Of a stretch of DNA of 64,000 bases, positions 37,334 to 49,668 are shown in pieces. This DNA is from Callorhinchus milii. Its lineage: Eukaryota. Position numbers and translations under genes: made by a program. Below the pieces are notes generated by a model that made no database searches, was not told the DNA's origin, and saw nothing but the letters and a program-made list of their open reading frames with translations. Each line of letters starts with the position of its first letter. The first letter of the stretch is position 1. Where the stretch lies: positions 51,214,001-51,278,000 of the forward strand of contig NW_024704743.1 in the NCBI RefSeq assembly GCF_018977255.1. The letters run 5' to 3'.

Positions 37334-40300
37334 GGGCTGATGCTGTCCTGCTGATCACTCGATCCTGGTCTCTGCGTGCAGGTCTTGGCTGCCACCCCGA
37401 CCCAAGCATCCCCCTCCACTCTAAATGTCTCTCCTCCCACCCCCACTCTATGTCTCTCATCCGATCCCCGTCTACCCGCTACTCCCCCTCTGTCCATCTC
37501 TCCCGCCGTCCTCCCGCCTTCTCTCTCTCCTCGACCCTATCACCACTTCCCTCTGCTCCAGCCTGGGCATCCTCCGCCGGGCCCATCGTGGTTCACGGCA
37601 CTGGCTGTCACAAAGCAGCAACCCCACATGTACAATCATTCTCTCCCTCCGCTCAAACCGCCTCCTTAAGGCAAATCTCCTTAAGGCAAACCCAACATCC
37701 CCCTCCCTCATACGTACCTTCCCCAACTCTCCACACACACTACTCTCCACAACCATCTCTCCTGTACACCCCAAAATCCTCTCCGCATCATTCTCTCCTC
37801 CATCCCCTCCCTCCTGCAAACCCGCCCGCATTTCCCTCCAAAACGTCAGTTCCCTCTCAAATAAAGCCCTCACCATCTATGACCTCATCCTGGATGAGCA
37901 CCTTGACATTCTTGGGCTCACCGAAACCTGGCTCTACCCCAATGACCCCATCCCTCTAGTGGAAGCCTCCTCTCCAGGCTACACCTTCCACCACACCCCC
38001 CATCCAAACCAACGTGGCAGCCGGGGTGGCCTTCATCTCCAAAGCCTGCCTTGGTCTTACCCTCTACTCTGGCTGCTTCCCCTCCTTCGAGCACCTCATC
38101 CTCTTCCACCACTCTCTCCCATTGAAAATCCTCCTTGTCTACTGCCCCCTTAAGCCTCCCGGCTCCTTCCACACAGACATCTCTACTCTCCTCTCTTCCC
38201 TGTCCCTCTGCTCCGAGCGCCTGCTTATAATGGGCAATTTTAACCTCCACCTAAACTCCCCTTGCACTACTTCTGCCGACTTCACTGCCTTCCTCTCCTC
38301 CCTAAACCTCACCCTTCATATAACTTCATCCACCCACAACCATGGTCATGCCCTTGACCTCGTTATCACCCATAGCCTTGACATTTCTGACCTCAGCATA
38401 GTGGACAAGGCCATCTCAGACCACTTCCTCATCTCCTTCTCCTCCCACATCCCTCTTTCCTCCACCAAGCCCTCAACCATCCTCTGCCACCCTTGTGAGA
38501 CCCTCACAAAGGCCCTTGCATCATCAAACATCCTATCCCTCTGGCCTTCCACCCGCGGAGATCCTGAAGCAGCCGTCCAGCTGTTCCATGATTGCCTCTC
38601 CTCCACCTTCAACTCCCTTGTCTCCCTGAAATCCAGGACCATCTCCAAACCCACCCGATCCCCCTGGTACAACAATCATCTCTGCCGCCTAAAAACCCAA
38701 CCAGGCTGCTCGAGCGCAGATGGCAGAAAACTGGCCTGACAGTCCACCGCCAACTGTGGCTTGAGCATCTCCACAGCTACCACCATTCCTTGACATGCGC
38801 AAAAATGGCCTTCTACTCCAATATCATCTTGGAGACAAAAAACAACCCTAAAATCCTTTTTTCCACCAACCACTACCTCCTCCATGCTTCCCCTCAGGCC
38901 TCCTCAATCTTCATATCAAATACCAAGTGTGAGGAGGTCATGGACTTTTTCTCATCTAAAATTCACAACATCCGCCAGGCAGCCTCATCCACCTGCCTCT
39001 TGTCACCCACCACCAGCCCCTCTCTGTCACCCTCACCCTCCCCATCATCTGCTCCTACCACCACCCCCATCCTACATTCCTTCCACCCCATCTCTCCCTC
39101 CTCCCTCTCACCCACAATCACCTCCATGAAACCCACCACCTGCTGCCTCGACCCCACCCCTCCCCACTAACTTGCTGGTCACCCAGCTCCCCCTCCTCTT
39201 CCCACTACTGGCTGACGTCATCAACCAGTCCCTCTCTTCCAGATCAGTCCCTGCCCTCCTCAAGACTGCTGTCATCACCTCCTTCCTCAAGAAACCTTCC
39301 CTAGATCCCTCAAACTCCAGCCACTAACGTCACATTTCTAATTCGCCCTTTCTCGCAAAAAGTCCTAGGACGCGTTGTTGCCAATCAAATTCGCGCACAC
39401 CTCTCCTCTCACTCCCTCTTCGAACCCCTCCAGTCCGGTTTCCGCTCTGCCCACAGTACAGAGACTGCACTTGTGAAAATCACAAACGATACCCTCTCTA
39501 ACTGTGACCAGGGCTCCCTCTGCCTCCTTATCCTTCTGGACCTCTACGCGGCGTTCGACACAGTTGATCACACCATCCTCCTCCACCGCCTTTCCTCCGT
39601 CATCCACCTCAGTGGGACCGCACTCACCTGGTTCAAGTCCTACCTCACAAACTGCCAGCAGTACATCTGCACAAATGGCTTCTCCTCCCTCTCTCACCCG
39701 GTTACCTGCGGGGTACCCCAAGGATCCATCCTTGGCCTCCTCCTCTTTCTGATCTACATGTTCTCTCTTGGGGATATCATCCGTAGACATTGGGTACATT
39801 TCCACATGTACGCGGACGACACCCTACTCTATTTTTCCACCTCTCTTTGCAACCCCCAGGCCCCTGATGTTCTGTCAGCCTGCATGTCAGATCTCAAGGG
39901 CTGGATGAGCGCAAATTTCCTTCAGCTGAACATTGACAAGACGGAAGCCATAATCTTTGGCTCTCGTCAATGTCTAAAATCTCACAGCTCTCACCTCCTC
40001 CACCTATCCGATCTCCCCCTAAAACTCTCCGAACCCGTACGCAACCTTGGCGTCAGGTTCGACCCCCAATTATCCTTCCTCTCCCACATCCAGTCCCTCA
40101 CCAGCACCGCTTTCTTCCACCTCCGACGCATCGCCCACCTCCCCCAATACCTCTCTCCGAAAGCCGCTGAAACCCTAGTCCATGCCTTTGTCACCTCTCG
40201 GCTGGACTGTTCTAATGCCCTCCTCACCGGTCTCCCATCCACTACCTCACCCTTGTCTTCAAATCCCTCCACTCTTCTGCACACCCCCTACCTCTCTGAC

Positions 40301-40639
40301 CTCCTCTCTCCTCAAAACAGTGCTCATTGCCTTCGTTCCTCCGGGTATGGCCTCCTCCTTGTCCCCCGAATCCTCCGCTCCACCCTCGGCAGCCTTGCCT
40401 TCAGCCACTATGCCCCAAGGCTCTGGAATTCCCTTCCTCACTCTCTTCGCCTTGTTCCCTCTCTTCCTATTTTCAGGTCTCTGTTGAAGACCTTTCTCTT
40501 CAACCTCGCCTTTGGTTACCTTCCTCCTCCTCCCCCTGGCTCGGCACCAGGATCCGTTACTTTAAAGTGCTCTGAGATGCCATCCGACATGGAGGGCACT
40601 ATATAAATCCAAGTTGTTGTTGTAAATCCAAGTTGTTGT
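37334..40639 (+). mobile_element. Apparently full-length single-ORF L2 LINE (APE endonuclease + RT), inactivated
   Basis: ISLQNVSSLSNK, LGLTETWL, GNFNLH, ISDH (APE); LDLYAAFDTVDH, GVPQGSILG, YADD (RT); several frameshifts/stops; stem-loop and (TTG)n tail; TGA at both junctions. Confidence 0.95.
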
Positions 40640-40710
40640 TGAACCAATCAAGGACAGCGCCGTGGAGGTTGAGGTGAGAGGAGAGGCAGTGAATGAGGAT
40701 AGAGTGGTCG
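40640..40710 (-). mobile_element. Continuation of the host L2 split by the nested insertion
   Basis: AACCAATCAAGGACAGCGCCGTGGAGGTTGAGGTGAGAGGAGAGG matches 12311-12355, the sequence expected right after 37333. Confidence 0.9.
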
Positions 40711-41019
40711 AGTGATGAGCTATTGCTGGACATCCTCTAAGGCTAATGTATAATTGGTTACACAAATATACAATCACTGCACTTTTTAGTGGAATACTTT
40801 GAAGTACATGAGATGTTTCATTGATGTGCTGCAGTGCAATATCAAAATCAAAGTCTATTATTTGTGTTATAACCTCTCTAAGATTGGATGCCCACAACTG
40901 ATCATAGTACTAAAAATGATGTCTGGCTAGCCCTCTGCATAACTGTAGAAGCACCTCATTACTGTTATATTTCTTAATTCTTTCTATTTTTTTCCCCTGA
41001 TGGTGAATGGATATAATTC

Positions 41020-41195
41020 TCCCAATTCTGTGGAGTTCTTCACCAATGCTACATCAGCAGGTTACCAGGAAGTGATTCAGGCAGCAAATTAGTTTATTTA
41101 AAAACAGCTTGATGGTGTCATGAGAAGATGGAAGTGTGGATATTCTGGAAGGATGAGATCAAATTGTCCAAAAGGCCTGCTTCATATAACTTCTG
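41020..41195 (+). mobile_element. Degenerate CR1 3' tail
   Basis: TTACCAGGAAGTGATTCAGGCA..TTTAAAAACAGCTTGATG..GGATGAG..AAAAGGCCT pattern. Confidence 0.5.
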
Positions 41196-41455
41196 TTGTG
41201 ATCTTGTGACCTTGTGAACATCATCATCTTTTTCCAATGAGCCATAAATAGACACTGTCGGTGGCTTCTCAAAATAACATAATTTCAGATGTCTAATAAA
41301 AACACAAAAAAAACATGGATATTTCAGGCCCTCTGTATTGGTTGAACATGACCACCATACCCTGAAGAAATCTTGCACTAATTTACAGAAATTTGGATGT
41401 ATTTTAACAATCATTCCAATTTACTCTCCAAATTGAGTTGTTGATCTTAATTTAT

Positions 41456-42122
41456 GGAGTCCTGTAGCTCTGTGGTTAGAGCACTCACCTTGCAAGCTTG
41501 ACACCTGGCTTCAATTCCAGTCAGGGCGAAACCTTGGGCAAGTTTCCTTACTCCACACTCCTAATAATAATCCCTCCAAAAAACAAAACAATAATAAATT
41601 GGTCAGTTTCAATCCACGACTGTTTGTGGGACACTGCTGTGTGCAATTGGCTGCCACGTTTCGCCCACAAATAGTCAATTCACTTTACAGCATATTCCGT
41701 GAAGCGCTTTGAGATGTTTAGAAAACATTAAAAGCGCTATAATAGCGTGGAGTCCTGTAGCTCAGTGGTTAGAGCACTCGCTTTGCAAGCGAGAGACCTG
41801 AGTTCAATTCCAGACAGGGCGAAACCTTGGGCAAGTTTCCTTACTCCACACAGAGCCTAATAATAATCCCTCCAAAACCAAAACAATAATAAATTGGTCA
41901 TTTTCAATCTACGACTGTTTGTGGGACATTGCTGTGCGCAATTGGCTGCCGCGTTCGCCACAAACACACAGTCAATTCACTTTACAGTGTGTTCTGTGAA
42001 GCGCTTTGGGACATTCTCCCGACGTGAAAAGCGTTATATCAAATGCAAGGATTATTATTATTATTATTATAATTATTATTATATCAGATGCAATGATTAT
42101 TATTATTTTCATTATTATTATT
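41456..42122 (+). mobile_element. Two nested SINEs (41749-~42080 inserted into the tail of the 41456 copy)
   Basis: First copy breaks at AAAGCGCTAT (41740); its tail resumes as ATATCAGATGCAATGATTATT at 42081. Confidence 0.9.
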
Positions 42123-42911
42123 GAAGTAGGTATCAAATATTATGGAATTTCTACCTGCAAGTTGCAATAGAGAAGTTGTGCTGGAACTGTGCCAGACTGA
42201 CTCATTGGAACCCCATCCCAGCTCACCCAACCGTTGAGATGGATTTGGACAGCAGACATGGTCATTAGTTATTGACTGGCTTTGTTGACCTCATTTATCA
42301 ATGATGTACAAATTACCTCCAGTAATAATTAACATATCACATATCACAATTTCCATCTCTTTCTCTTTGATGGATCAGAGGATGCCTGTATTTGACCTCC
42401 ATGGAGAACTAGTAAATTATTTTGGATGAATAGCAAAGTACCAACTTCTAATCTATTTGAAATAAGCATAGAATCTTGCTTACATTTTTACAATGTAAAA
42501 ACAAATATTCTTACTTGTCATAAAGCCAGAGCTTAGACTGATGAACATGAAACAGCCCAAATATGGAAAATAGCCAATGGCCCAACTCTCTTAGTCATGA
42601 AACAATATGTTGTTGTTATCTTTTTATTGGGTCTTTATAATGCCATACAAAATAAAAATTTCTATTTTTAGATTGACCCCAAAATACTTGACAATCCTGT
42701 ACTCAGAAGATTCAGGAGTGAGATGATTCAGTATGATTACACCTTAGTGTAACAAGCTTTGCCTATATCAGACTCACTGCAGCCAACTTCTAACTTCTGG
42801 CCTTGTTTCTGACTAGTACTTCACTAAAGATGAGTTATAAGAAGTTTTCAGACTTCAATAAGTATCATTCCAGATAATAATGATAATTTATCCATTTAAT
42901 TGAATAACCAA

Positions 42912-43185
42912 TTTTCCCACCATTGGCGGGAGAGTCTTCAGCCACTCTGCCCCCAACCTCTGGAATTCCATACCCCAGTCACTCCGCCTCGCCCCCTCCT
43001 TAGCCTCCTTCAAGTCCCGTCTCAAGACCCTCCTCTTTGAGCATGCCATTGGCCACCCCGCTTCCTCTCCCCTCCCTTACCCCCGCAACCCCAGCTCGGG
43101 TCTGAAATGCTGTGCTCTGTCCAGCGCCTTGGACATCCTCCCGACGTGAAAGGCGCTATACAAATGTAATCTTGTTGTTGTTGTT
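42912..43185 (+). mobile_element. L2 LINE 3' end
   Basis: FSHSAPNLWNSIPQSLR..FKSRLKTLLF; GCGCCTTGGACATCCTCCCGACGTGAAAGGCGC stem-loop; (TTG)n. Confidence 0.93.
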
Positions 43186-43299
43186 AATGTGAGTTTGTAC
43201 TAGATTACATTGATTGAAACTAGTGGTTAACCTGTAACAATGTTCTGCTTTTTGGCAGAAGTGGTTCCAATAGGATTAAAATATATCTATTCAAATTGT

Positions 43300-43725
43300 T
43301 CGCTTGGTTCAGTTGGTAGCCCTCTCATGTTTGAGTCAAAAGGTTGTTGGTTCAAACCCCACATTGGGACTTTGACTCATAGTCCAAGCTGACACTAGAT
43401 GAACACTGCATTGTTAGAGATAATCTTTTTCACAAAAGCCGATAAACCAAGCTCCCATCTTCCTATTCAGGTTGACATTAAAGATCCCATAGCATTATTC
43501 AACAAGAGAAGGGAGTATCTTCTAGTATCATGGCCAACAATTCTTCAGATAAAATTGGTTATTCACTTGAGGGCTGTTTGAGGGACATTGCTATATGCAA
43601 GTTGAATGCTGCATTCACCTACAAAATATACAGTCACTATACTTTATCGTAAAATCCGATAAAGCACACTGAAATGTCGTGATGAGTGGTAAGGTATTAT
43701 ACCAACTGCAAGGAACATTATTATA
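43300..43725 (+). mobile_element. Older DeuSINE with tRNA-like head
   Basis: GGTTCAGTTGGTAGC..GAGTCAAAAGGTTGTTGGTTCAAACCCCAC head; TTAAAGATCCCATAGCATTATT Deu segment; tail. Confidence 0.8.
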
Positions 43726-44574
43726 TATTAAGACAAGGTAACAATGCATGTTGTAAAAGATTAAAGTGTCTGCTGATAGAGATAATTATGTAATGCAGAG
43801 ATGTTTCCAAAGCATGAGGTTGTATGAAATGCAATAATGAAACTGGGTAAGTAGTGAGAAGCACTGCTCTGATTCTGTAGAGCAAATTAATTGCATATTC
43901 TTATTTCATTCTTAATTAAGGACACTGAGACACTATATTGCATTAAGAGAGCTACAAAAATATAAATTGCTGGCATTGTTTGTGTAATAAACTTTCACAC
44001 TTCATCCCAACTTGAGTATCATAAAGTAAATGTGTCCAAATCAGCAAGTGTTTGGTCATTATGAACTTGACCCACAGCATAAGATGTGGCTGTAAATTCC
44101 CACTTAATTTTGACTCCTGCTCAATTTCTATCCTGGCTCTGCCTCCTCCTCCCATCATTTTCAGCTCTTGGGCTAGAAACTAAATTAAGAGATGGGGGAG
44201 TCTTTTGAAAAATCATGTGTACAGTCCAGGTTCTGTTAGTGTCTATGCAGTTGCAGTGCTTCCTGTTTCCTCTGTTTTACAGCTTGGGGCATGTTCTTGT
44301 AGCACCTATTTTACAGTCAGATGCCTATTCTACAGTATGTGCTTTATACATGGACAACATCAGGATCTTATGAAATTCTAGTCCTTGATTGCAAGTGAAC
44401 ACATTGGATATTTGATTTATTAAGTCTGCCACCACACAAACACAACCACCGAAGACTGAAAGAGGCTTGTGGCTTTCTTCCATTTGTATTTATTCTATGC
44501 TGCTGCAGACTGGCCAGCAACCATTCTGGATAAACAATTTCATTTCTCTTGGTTAACACTTGCATGTACAAACC

Positions 44575-45160
44575 ACAACCCAGATGAGTTTCATCATTTT
44601 CACTGGATCATCATGTACTGGCTTGCCTGCTCACCAGACTTCACACCTGTTCCTGCCACAAGCTGCAGATTATTCAGAATTCTGCAGCTCATGTACTCTC
44701 ACGTACAAAGCTCCATGAGGCGATCATTCTCATCCTCGCTGGGCTTCACTGGATCCCCATCTCCAAAAGGATCAAGCTTTAGATCCTTGTCATCACTGTC
44801 AAAACCTTCCACATCTTGCTCCTCCCCATTAACGTCTTACAAACCTTCCCGCACTCTCTGCTCGGCGGGCACGAGTTCACTCTATAGCCCTAGCCCTGAG
44901 CACCCCACCACCTGCGATCAGGCCTTCAGTCTTTCTGCCCCCACCCTCTGGAAAACCATCCTGGAATCCCTTAGCTTTGCCCCTCCCTTGCCTCCTTCAA
45001 GGGCTGTCTTAAGATCTTCCTCTTTGACCGTGCCTTCGGTCATCCTCCCACCCCTATCACTTTTGTACCCACCCATCTTGATTCCAACCCCCAGCTTGGG
45101 TGCAAACCATTGACAATCAGTGTCATCCCAACATGAAATGCAATTTATTGGTGGTGTTGA
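44575..45160 (+). mobile_element. Degenerate L2 3' portion
   Basis: CTGCAGATTATTCAGAATTCTGCAGCT (LQIIQNSAA), CTTCACTGG (LHW), AFSLSAPTLWK. Confidence 0.85.
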
Positions 45161-46061
45161 TTGGTTGTCTCACATGAGTCAATTCATCTCTCAATAGGTG
45201 AAGAGGCTAGGAAATGTGTGTGTGTGGGGGCAGGGACAGTGTCAAGAAAGGATACACATTGGCACTCATGTCTTATCCTTTTTGAAACTGTCCCTCTGGA
45301 GGGTAATCACAGAGGTCAACCAACAATTAGCAGCAAAGGAATCAATGATCTTTATCCAGACAATTTTCATAGGCCAAAATATGGAGATGGGTGGAAGTAG
45401 AACAGAAATCGAAACAGTAGAAGAAATACTAAATCTACAAGTAGAGCATTTGGTTATTTTATTTATGGATCCAAAAAATTCTGAGTTTGAACTGTGAAGA
45501 ATGTATTGTGTCCAGTGCCTAAATCCCATGAACATTGACTGAAACATGAAAGGCTGCTCTTAACCATTGCTTCTGGATGGGAAGTGCTGGATTTACAGAA
45601 ATGTGTTATTATTTTTGTGGCCATCGTTCTTCCAGATGGTTAACACATCAACTTATAAAAGCTTTTACCCTGCATGAAAAACATAACAAACTCATTTTCA
45701 AGGCATTGAGTCTTCCTCTCTGACAAAACAGACTGATACAATATGTACCAGACACTGTGAAGTGCAGTATATCCTCATTGGATCATTCTCGTCTTAGTTC
45801 CTATTCCACTGTTCTGGCAAAGATCATAAGTACATTTTACATACAATTTTAACGACCTTGCTCAAAGGTAACCATCAACAGCTGGCAATGTTTTAGCACA
45901 AAACTTCACAGACTTACAAGATCCTGATTTCCAATAGAAAGGGTAAAATATGTGTTTGAAATTTACAGGTAGGGAGAGGCCAAAAAGTCTTGGACATTTT
46001 CTCCATGAACTTTTCCAAATACCTTTTCTTGGTAAATGTTGTGTTCTTAAAGATGAGTATG

Positions 46062-46133
46062 AGGGGAGGGGGGGTGGGGAGGGTGGGAGGTGAGGAAGGG
46101 GGTGGAGAGAGTGAGGGGGGAAGGGGGAAGGGT
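46062..46133. repeat. G-rich purine tract (G-quadruplex potential)
   Basis: Many GGG+ runs, e.g. AGGGGAGGGGGGGTGGGGAGGGTGGGAGG. Confidence 0.6.
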
Positions 46134-46214
46134 GTCATTAGAACTCAGCTGCTTACAAGGGGACATGCTTGGAAATAAAATGCGGAAATCGATTCAATTC
46201 TCTGTGGCAGCCTT

Positions 46215-46626
46215 GGTAGACTGGTAGGACTTGGAAGGACAAACTACTCACCAGAAGCAGTGATTCTTCCCACTCAGCTCCTGCGAACCGTTCAAGTCGA
46301 AGTCCTAACAAGTACACAGTGGTCCTAGCTAAGAAAGAACAGGAAGCTTGACAGATAGTTTCGCAGGACAGAAGCTTGCTTTCCATAGCAATTTATGTAG
46401 TTTAAGTTAGGTAAACTTGAACAATATTCTAATGCACACTCTCAAGTCCTAAAGACTCGCTATTGCCAACTTGTGCCTAGTACTCTCAAGAATTAGATAA
46501 GTAGATTGTGTCTCTCCAGGGAGAGACTGCACATTCCATTCCAGACACAGGGAAGCATACAGAAATGTAATTATCAGTCTGGTTTGGATACTCTTAAGTG
46601 GTGATGGGTTTCTGGCTGACCAAAAA
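46215..46626 (+). mobile_element. CCHC-knuckle non-LTR family, copy B (3' end)
   Basis: GGACTTGGAAGGAC..TTCCCACTCAGCTCCTG..CCAGGGAGAGA..GGTTTGGATACTCTTAA..GGTGATGGGTTTC..GACC plus an A-run. Confidence 0.75.
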
Positions 46627-46779
46627 TGAATAAAGACAAGAGATTCTCGTGTTGGGAAATGGAACATTTTTCACCCACCTCCAGCATCCGTAAGTCAGGT
46701 ATAGCAATGGCTATATTCAGACAAAAACTCCTTCTATCCCTGTGCCTCAGATTCAATTTTAAAAGAGCAATAAAAACAT

Positions 46780-47223
46780 ATTAATTGGATTTGATATATC
46801 ACCTTATTGCATCAAAATGTCTCAAACCAATTCATACATTGGGGTCCTATACATGCTATTCTCAACTAAAAGTTAGAATTTGTGCACCAAATCCAAGTAT
46901 GTGAATATTGCAACTGAGTGAGATGAAATGGTGTTATGAAGACAAACTTGACAGCAACTTAACTAAAACAGCAATGAACAAAAATGTGTGAATCTACTTT
47001 TTGGTGAAATGGATGGGGGAGGAATACTGACCATCAAACCATGAGAGCTCCCTGCTTTTCTTCACATCATAGGATCTTCAACATCCATCTGAATCAACAG
47101 AAAGGGTCTTTATCTGCCATCTCATCCAAGGTATAGGGGTGTCAGCCTAGATTGTGAGTTCAAGCTTGAATCTATACTTTTCTTACTTGAGGTGACAATG
47201 CTACCAATTGAGGCAAACTGACA
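46780..47223 (-). mobile_element. Degenerate DeuSINE
   Basis: Head near 47220, GATGGATGTTGAAGATCCTATG Deu segment, tail near 46790. Confidence 0.6.
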
Positions 47224-48330
47224 GAATGCGCATCCTATATTGTAACAAGTGTGTCTCTTTTCCATTTGTCATAGCAGCCATCCACTGGCCTCTTTGAGAG
47301 AGACTGACAATTTACTGCTGAATTAAGGGTTTCTTTGTACTGTGATCTCACACATACAAACACTGGGTCAGGTTTCTCTAAAAAACTAATTTTCCAGAGC
47401 ACTCTTATTGTCCACAGATAGGGCAGATTTTCATCCAACCAGTCTGGCCTCAATCTGAGCTCAGGTCGTAAAGTTTTCTATGGAATATCATAGACAATAC
47501 CTTTTGCTCTGGTTTGTTACTCATACAAGTAGCACGAATAACATACCATCAAAACCCTGTGACTGCAGCTTAACTGATTGGCATTCGACTGCAGCACATT
47601 CACCAAGCAAACAAAGGGTTTAAAATGAATCCTATTCATGAATTTTTGATGGTGGGATAGGGCGGAATGGTGGAGTGGGGGTGGGGAGAAGTGGAATGGA
47701 AGTGAAGATAATCTTTGGAAGTGTGCAGTACCTGAGGCAACCTGTGAGAGTCACAAGTATCAAACTAAACAGAACGTCAGGGAAAATGAAAAGCAGGAAA
47801 CAATGCACAGTTTAGGTATGTTTGAAATAGATTCCTGGAAAACACACAAGGACAAACCAAGACTGCACAGCCTGGAGCTTTTGAGCATATTCAGATTGAC
47901 TAGACATTCTTTTTTTAAAAAGAACACATGTGGGCTCAGTAACTGAGACAGCCTGAAACATGTGCACTGAAGGCCTTTCTTCCACATGGTTTATGAAAAT
48001 CCAACTCGCTTTGAAATCTGGATGAAGGGCTTATTCTAACAAAAAGAACCTGGCTTTTTCAGTGAACAAAATACTTGTGTAAAGCCCAAAGAAGTATGAA
48101 TTTGAAAGATAAATAATATGGCAGATCCATGCGAATAAGATACAATAGCAGTGAACTTCATTTCAGGTCTAATCTTTAGAAACATCTCTGGGGGTATCAC
48201 TACCAAAGTTTAGATTCCACAATACCTTTGTGAGATAACACTAAATCAAATAGATCTGAAAAAATGAAGGGTCCATAGTTGTAGCCTGAATTGTGACTGG
48301 AAGCCCATCACTGAGGCAAACTTGGGAGCT

Positions 48331-48550
48331 AATAATGCTATCTTCAGTATATTGTTGCTCAGCTATTCGATTCAGTACAAAAACAAGTAAAAAAGCTTCC
48401 GTTGACATGAAGGAGATTCATTCAGGATTGAGATACTTTGTCTCCTGATCAAATCTGCTTCAGCTGATTGGAAGTTTTTTTTATATATGTTTATTGTACT
48501 GGTCTGAAGAGTTGAGCAACAATATACAGAAGATGGTGCAAAGCATGCCT
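48331..48550. mobile_element. Palindromic MITE (~220 bp)
   Basis: ATCTTCAGTATATTGTTGCTCA (48340) pairs with TGAGCAACAATATACAGAAGAT (48513); pairing extends ~90 bp inward. Confidence 0.8.
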
Positions 48551-48979
48551 GGTACTCCCCATTGCACTTGGATCTGTAGAACCACCACACTTAAGGCACA
48601 TGTCCGTCAAATAGCAGATGAGGAAATTCTGAAGCTTGGGATGATAGTCGCTGGAAGGAGTTACCTGGAGTAAAGGTTTGTGAACACATGTTCATATATC
48701 TAAGGCTTGAAATCCAACTTGATTGGTACATAGAGAGAGGTAACCAGCTGCTGCTCAAATACTGCACATTTAATTAGTGAGTAAGAATATGTCTCCGAGC
48801 TGTGGGCAGGAAGATGGTGGGAATGCTCTCATCATTTCATGCCGAGATGTGCTGCAGGGAGTTCCTGCATCCACTTAGTGAAGGCTCAAACTTGTGTTTT
48901 TGTACATCAAATGACCAACTAATGATTATACTCCTCGGGGGGAAGTTAAGCAGGGCTTCAATGGAACTGAACTGGCTCT

Positions 48980-49304
48980 AATAATAATAATAATAATAAT
49001 AATCCTTGCATTTGATATAGCGCTTTTCACGTCAGGAGGACGTCCCAAAGCGCTTCACAGAACACACTGTAAAGTGAATTGACTGTATATTTGTGGGCGA
49101 ACGCGGCAGCCAATTGCGCACAGCAATGTCCCACAAACAGTCGTAGATTGAAAATGACCTATTTAATTATTGTTTTGGGTTTTTTGGAGGGATTATTATT
49201 AGGCGTGTGGAGTAAGGAAACTTGCCCAAGGTTTCGCCCTCTGCCTGGAATTGAACTCAGGTCTCTCACTTGCAAAGCGAGTGCTCTAACCACTGAGCTA
49301 CAGG
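48980..49304 (-). mobile_element. Young tRNA-derived SINE (short-core form)
   Basis: Near-consensus and CpG-rich, with a (TAA)n tail. Confidence 0.95.
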
Positions 49305-49347
49305 AATGGAGGGACTCATCCTATTTAAATAAGGTGGACAGCAGGTT

Positions 49348-49668
49348 AATAATAATAATAATCCTCGCATTTGATATAGCGCTTTTCACGTCGGGAGGAC
49401 GTCTCAAAGCGCTTCACAGAACACACTGTAAAGTGAATTGACTGTATATTTGTGGGCGAACGCGGCAGCCAATTGCGCACAGCAATGTCCCAAAAACAGC
49501 CGTAGATTGAAAATGACTAATTTATTATTGTTTTTGGTTTTGGAGGGATTATCATTAGGCTCTGTGTGGAGTAAGGAAACTTGCCCAAGGTTTCGCCCTC
49601 TGCCTGGGATTGAACTCAGGTCTGTCGCTTGCAAAGCGAGTGCTCTAACCACTGAGCTACAGGACTCC
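49348..49668 (-). mobile_element. Young tRNA-derived SINE (short-core form)
   Basis: Highly similar to 48980-49304 and 41749-42080. Confidence 0.95.

Noticed and set aside
41749..41825. tRNA-Ala-like sequence (also at 20632, 24626, 41456, 49668, 56260, 60150)
   Set aside because: It runs directly into the SINE body and has no proper acceptor stem or terminator, so these are SINE heads, not tRNA genes
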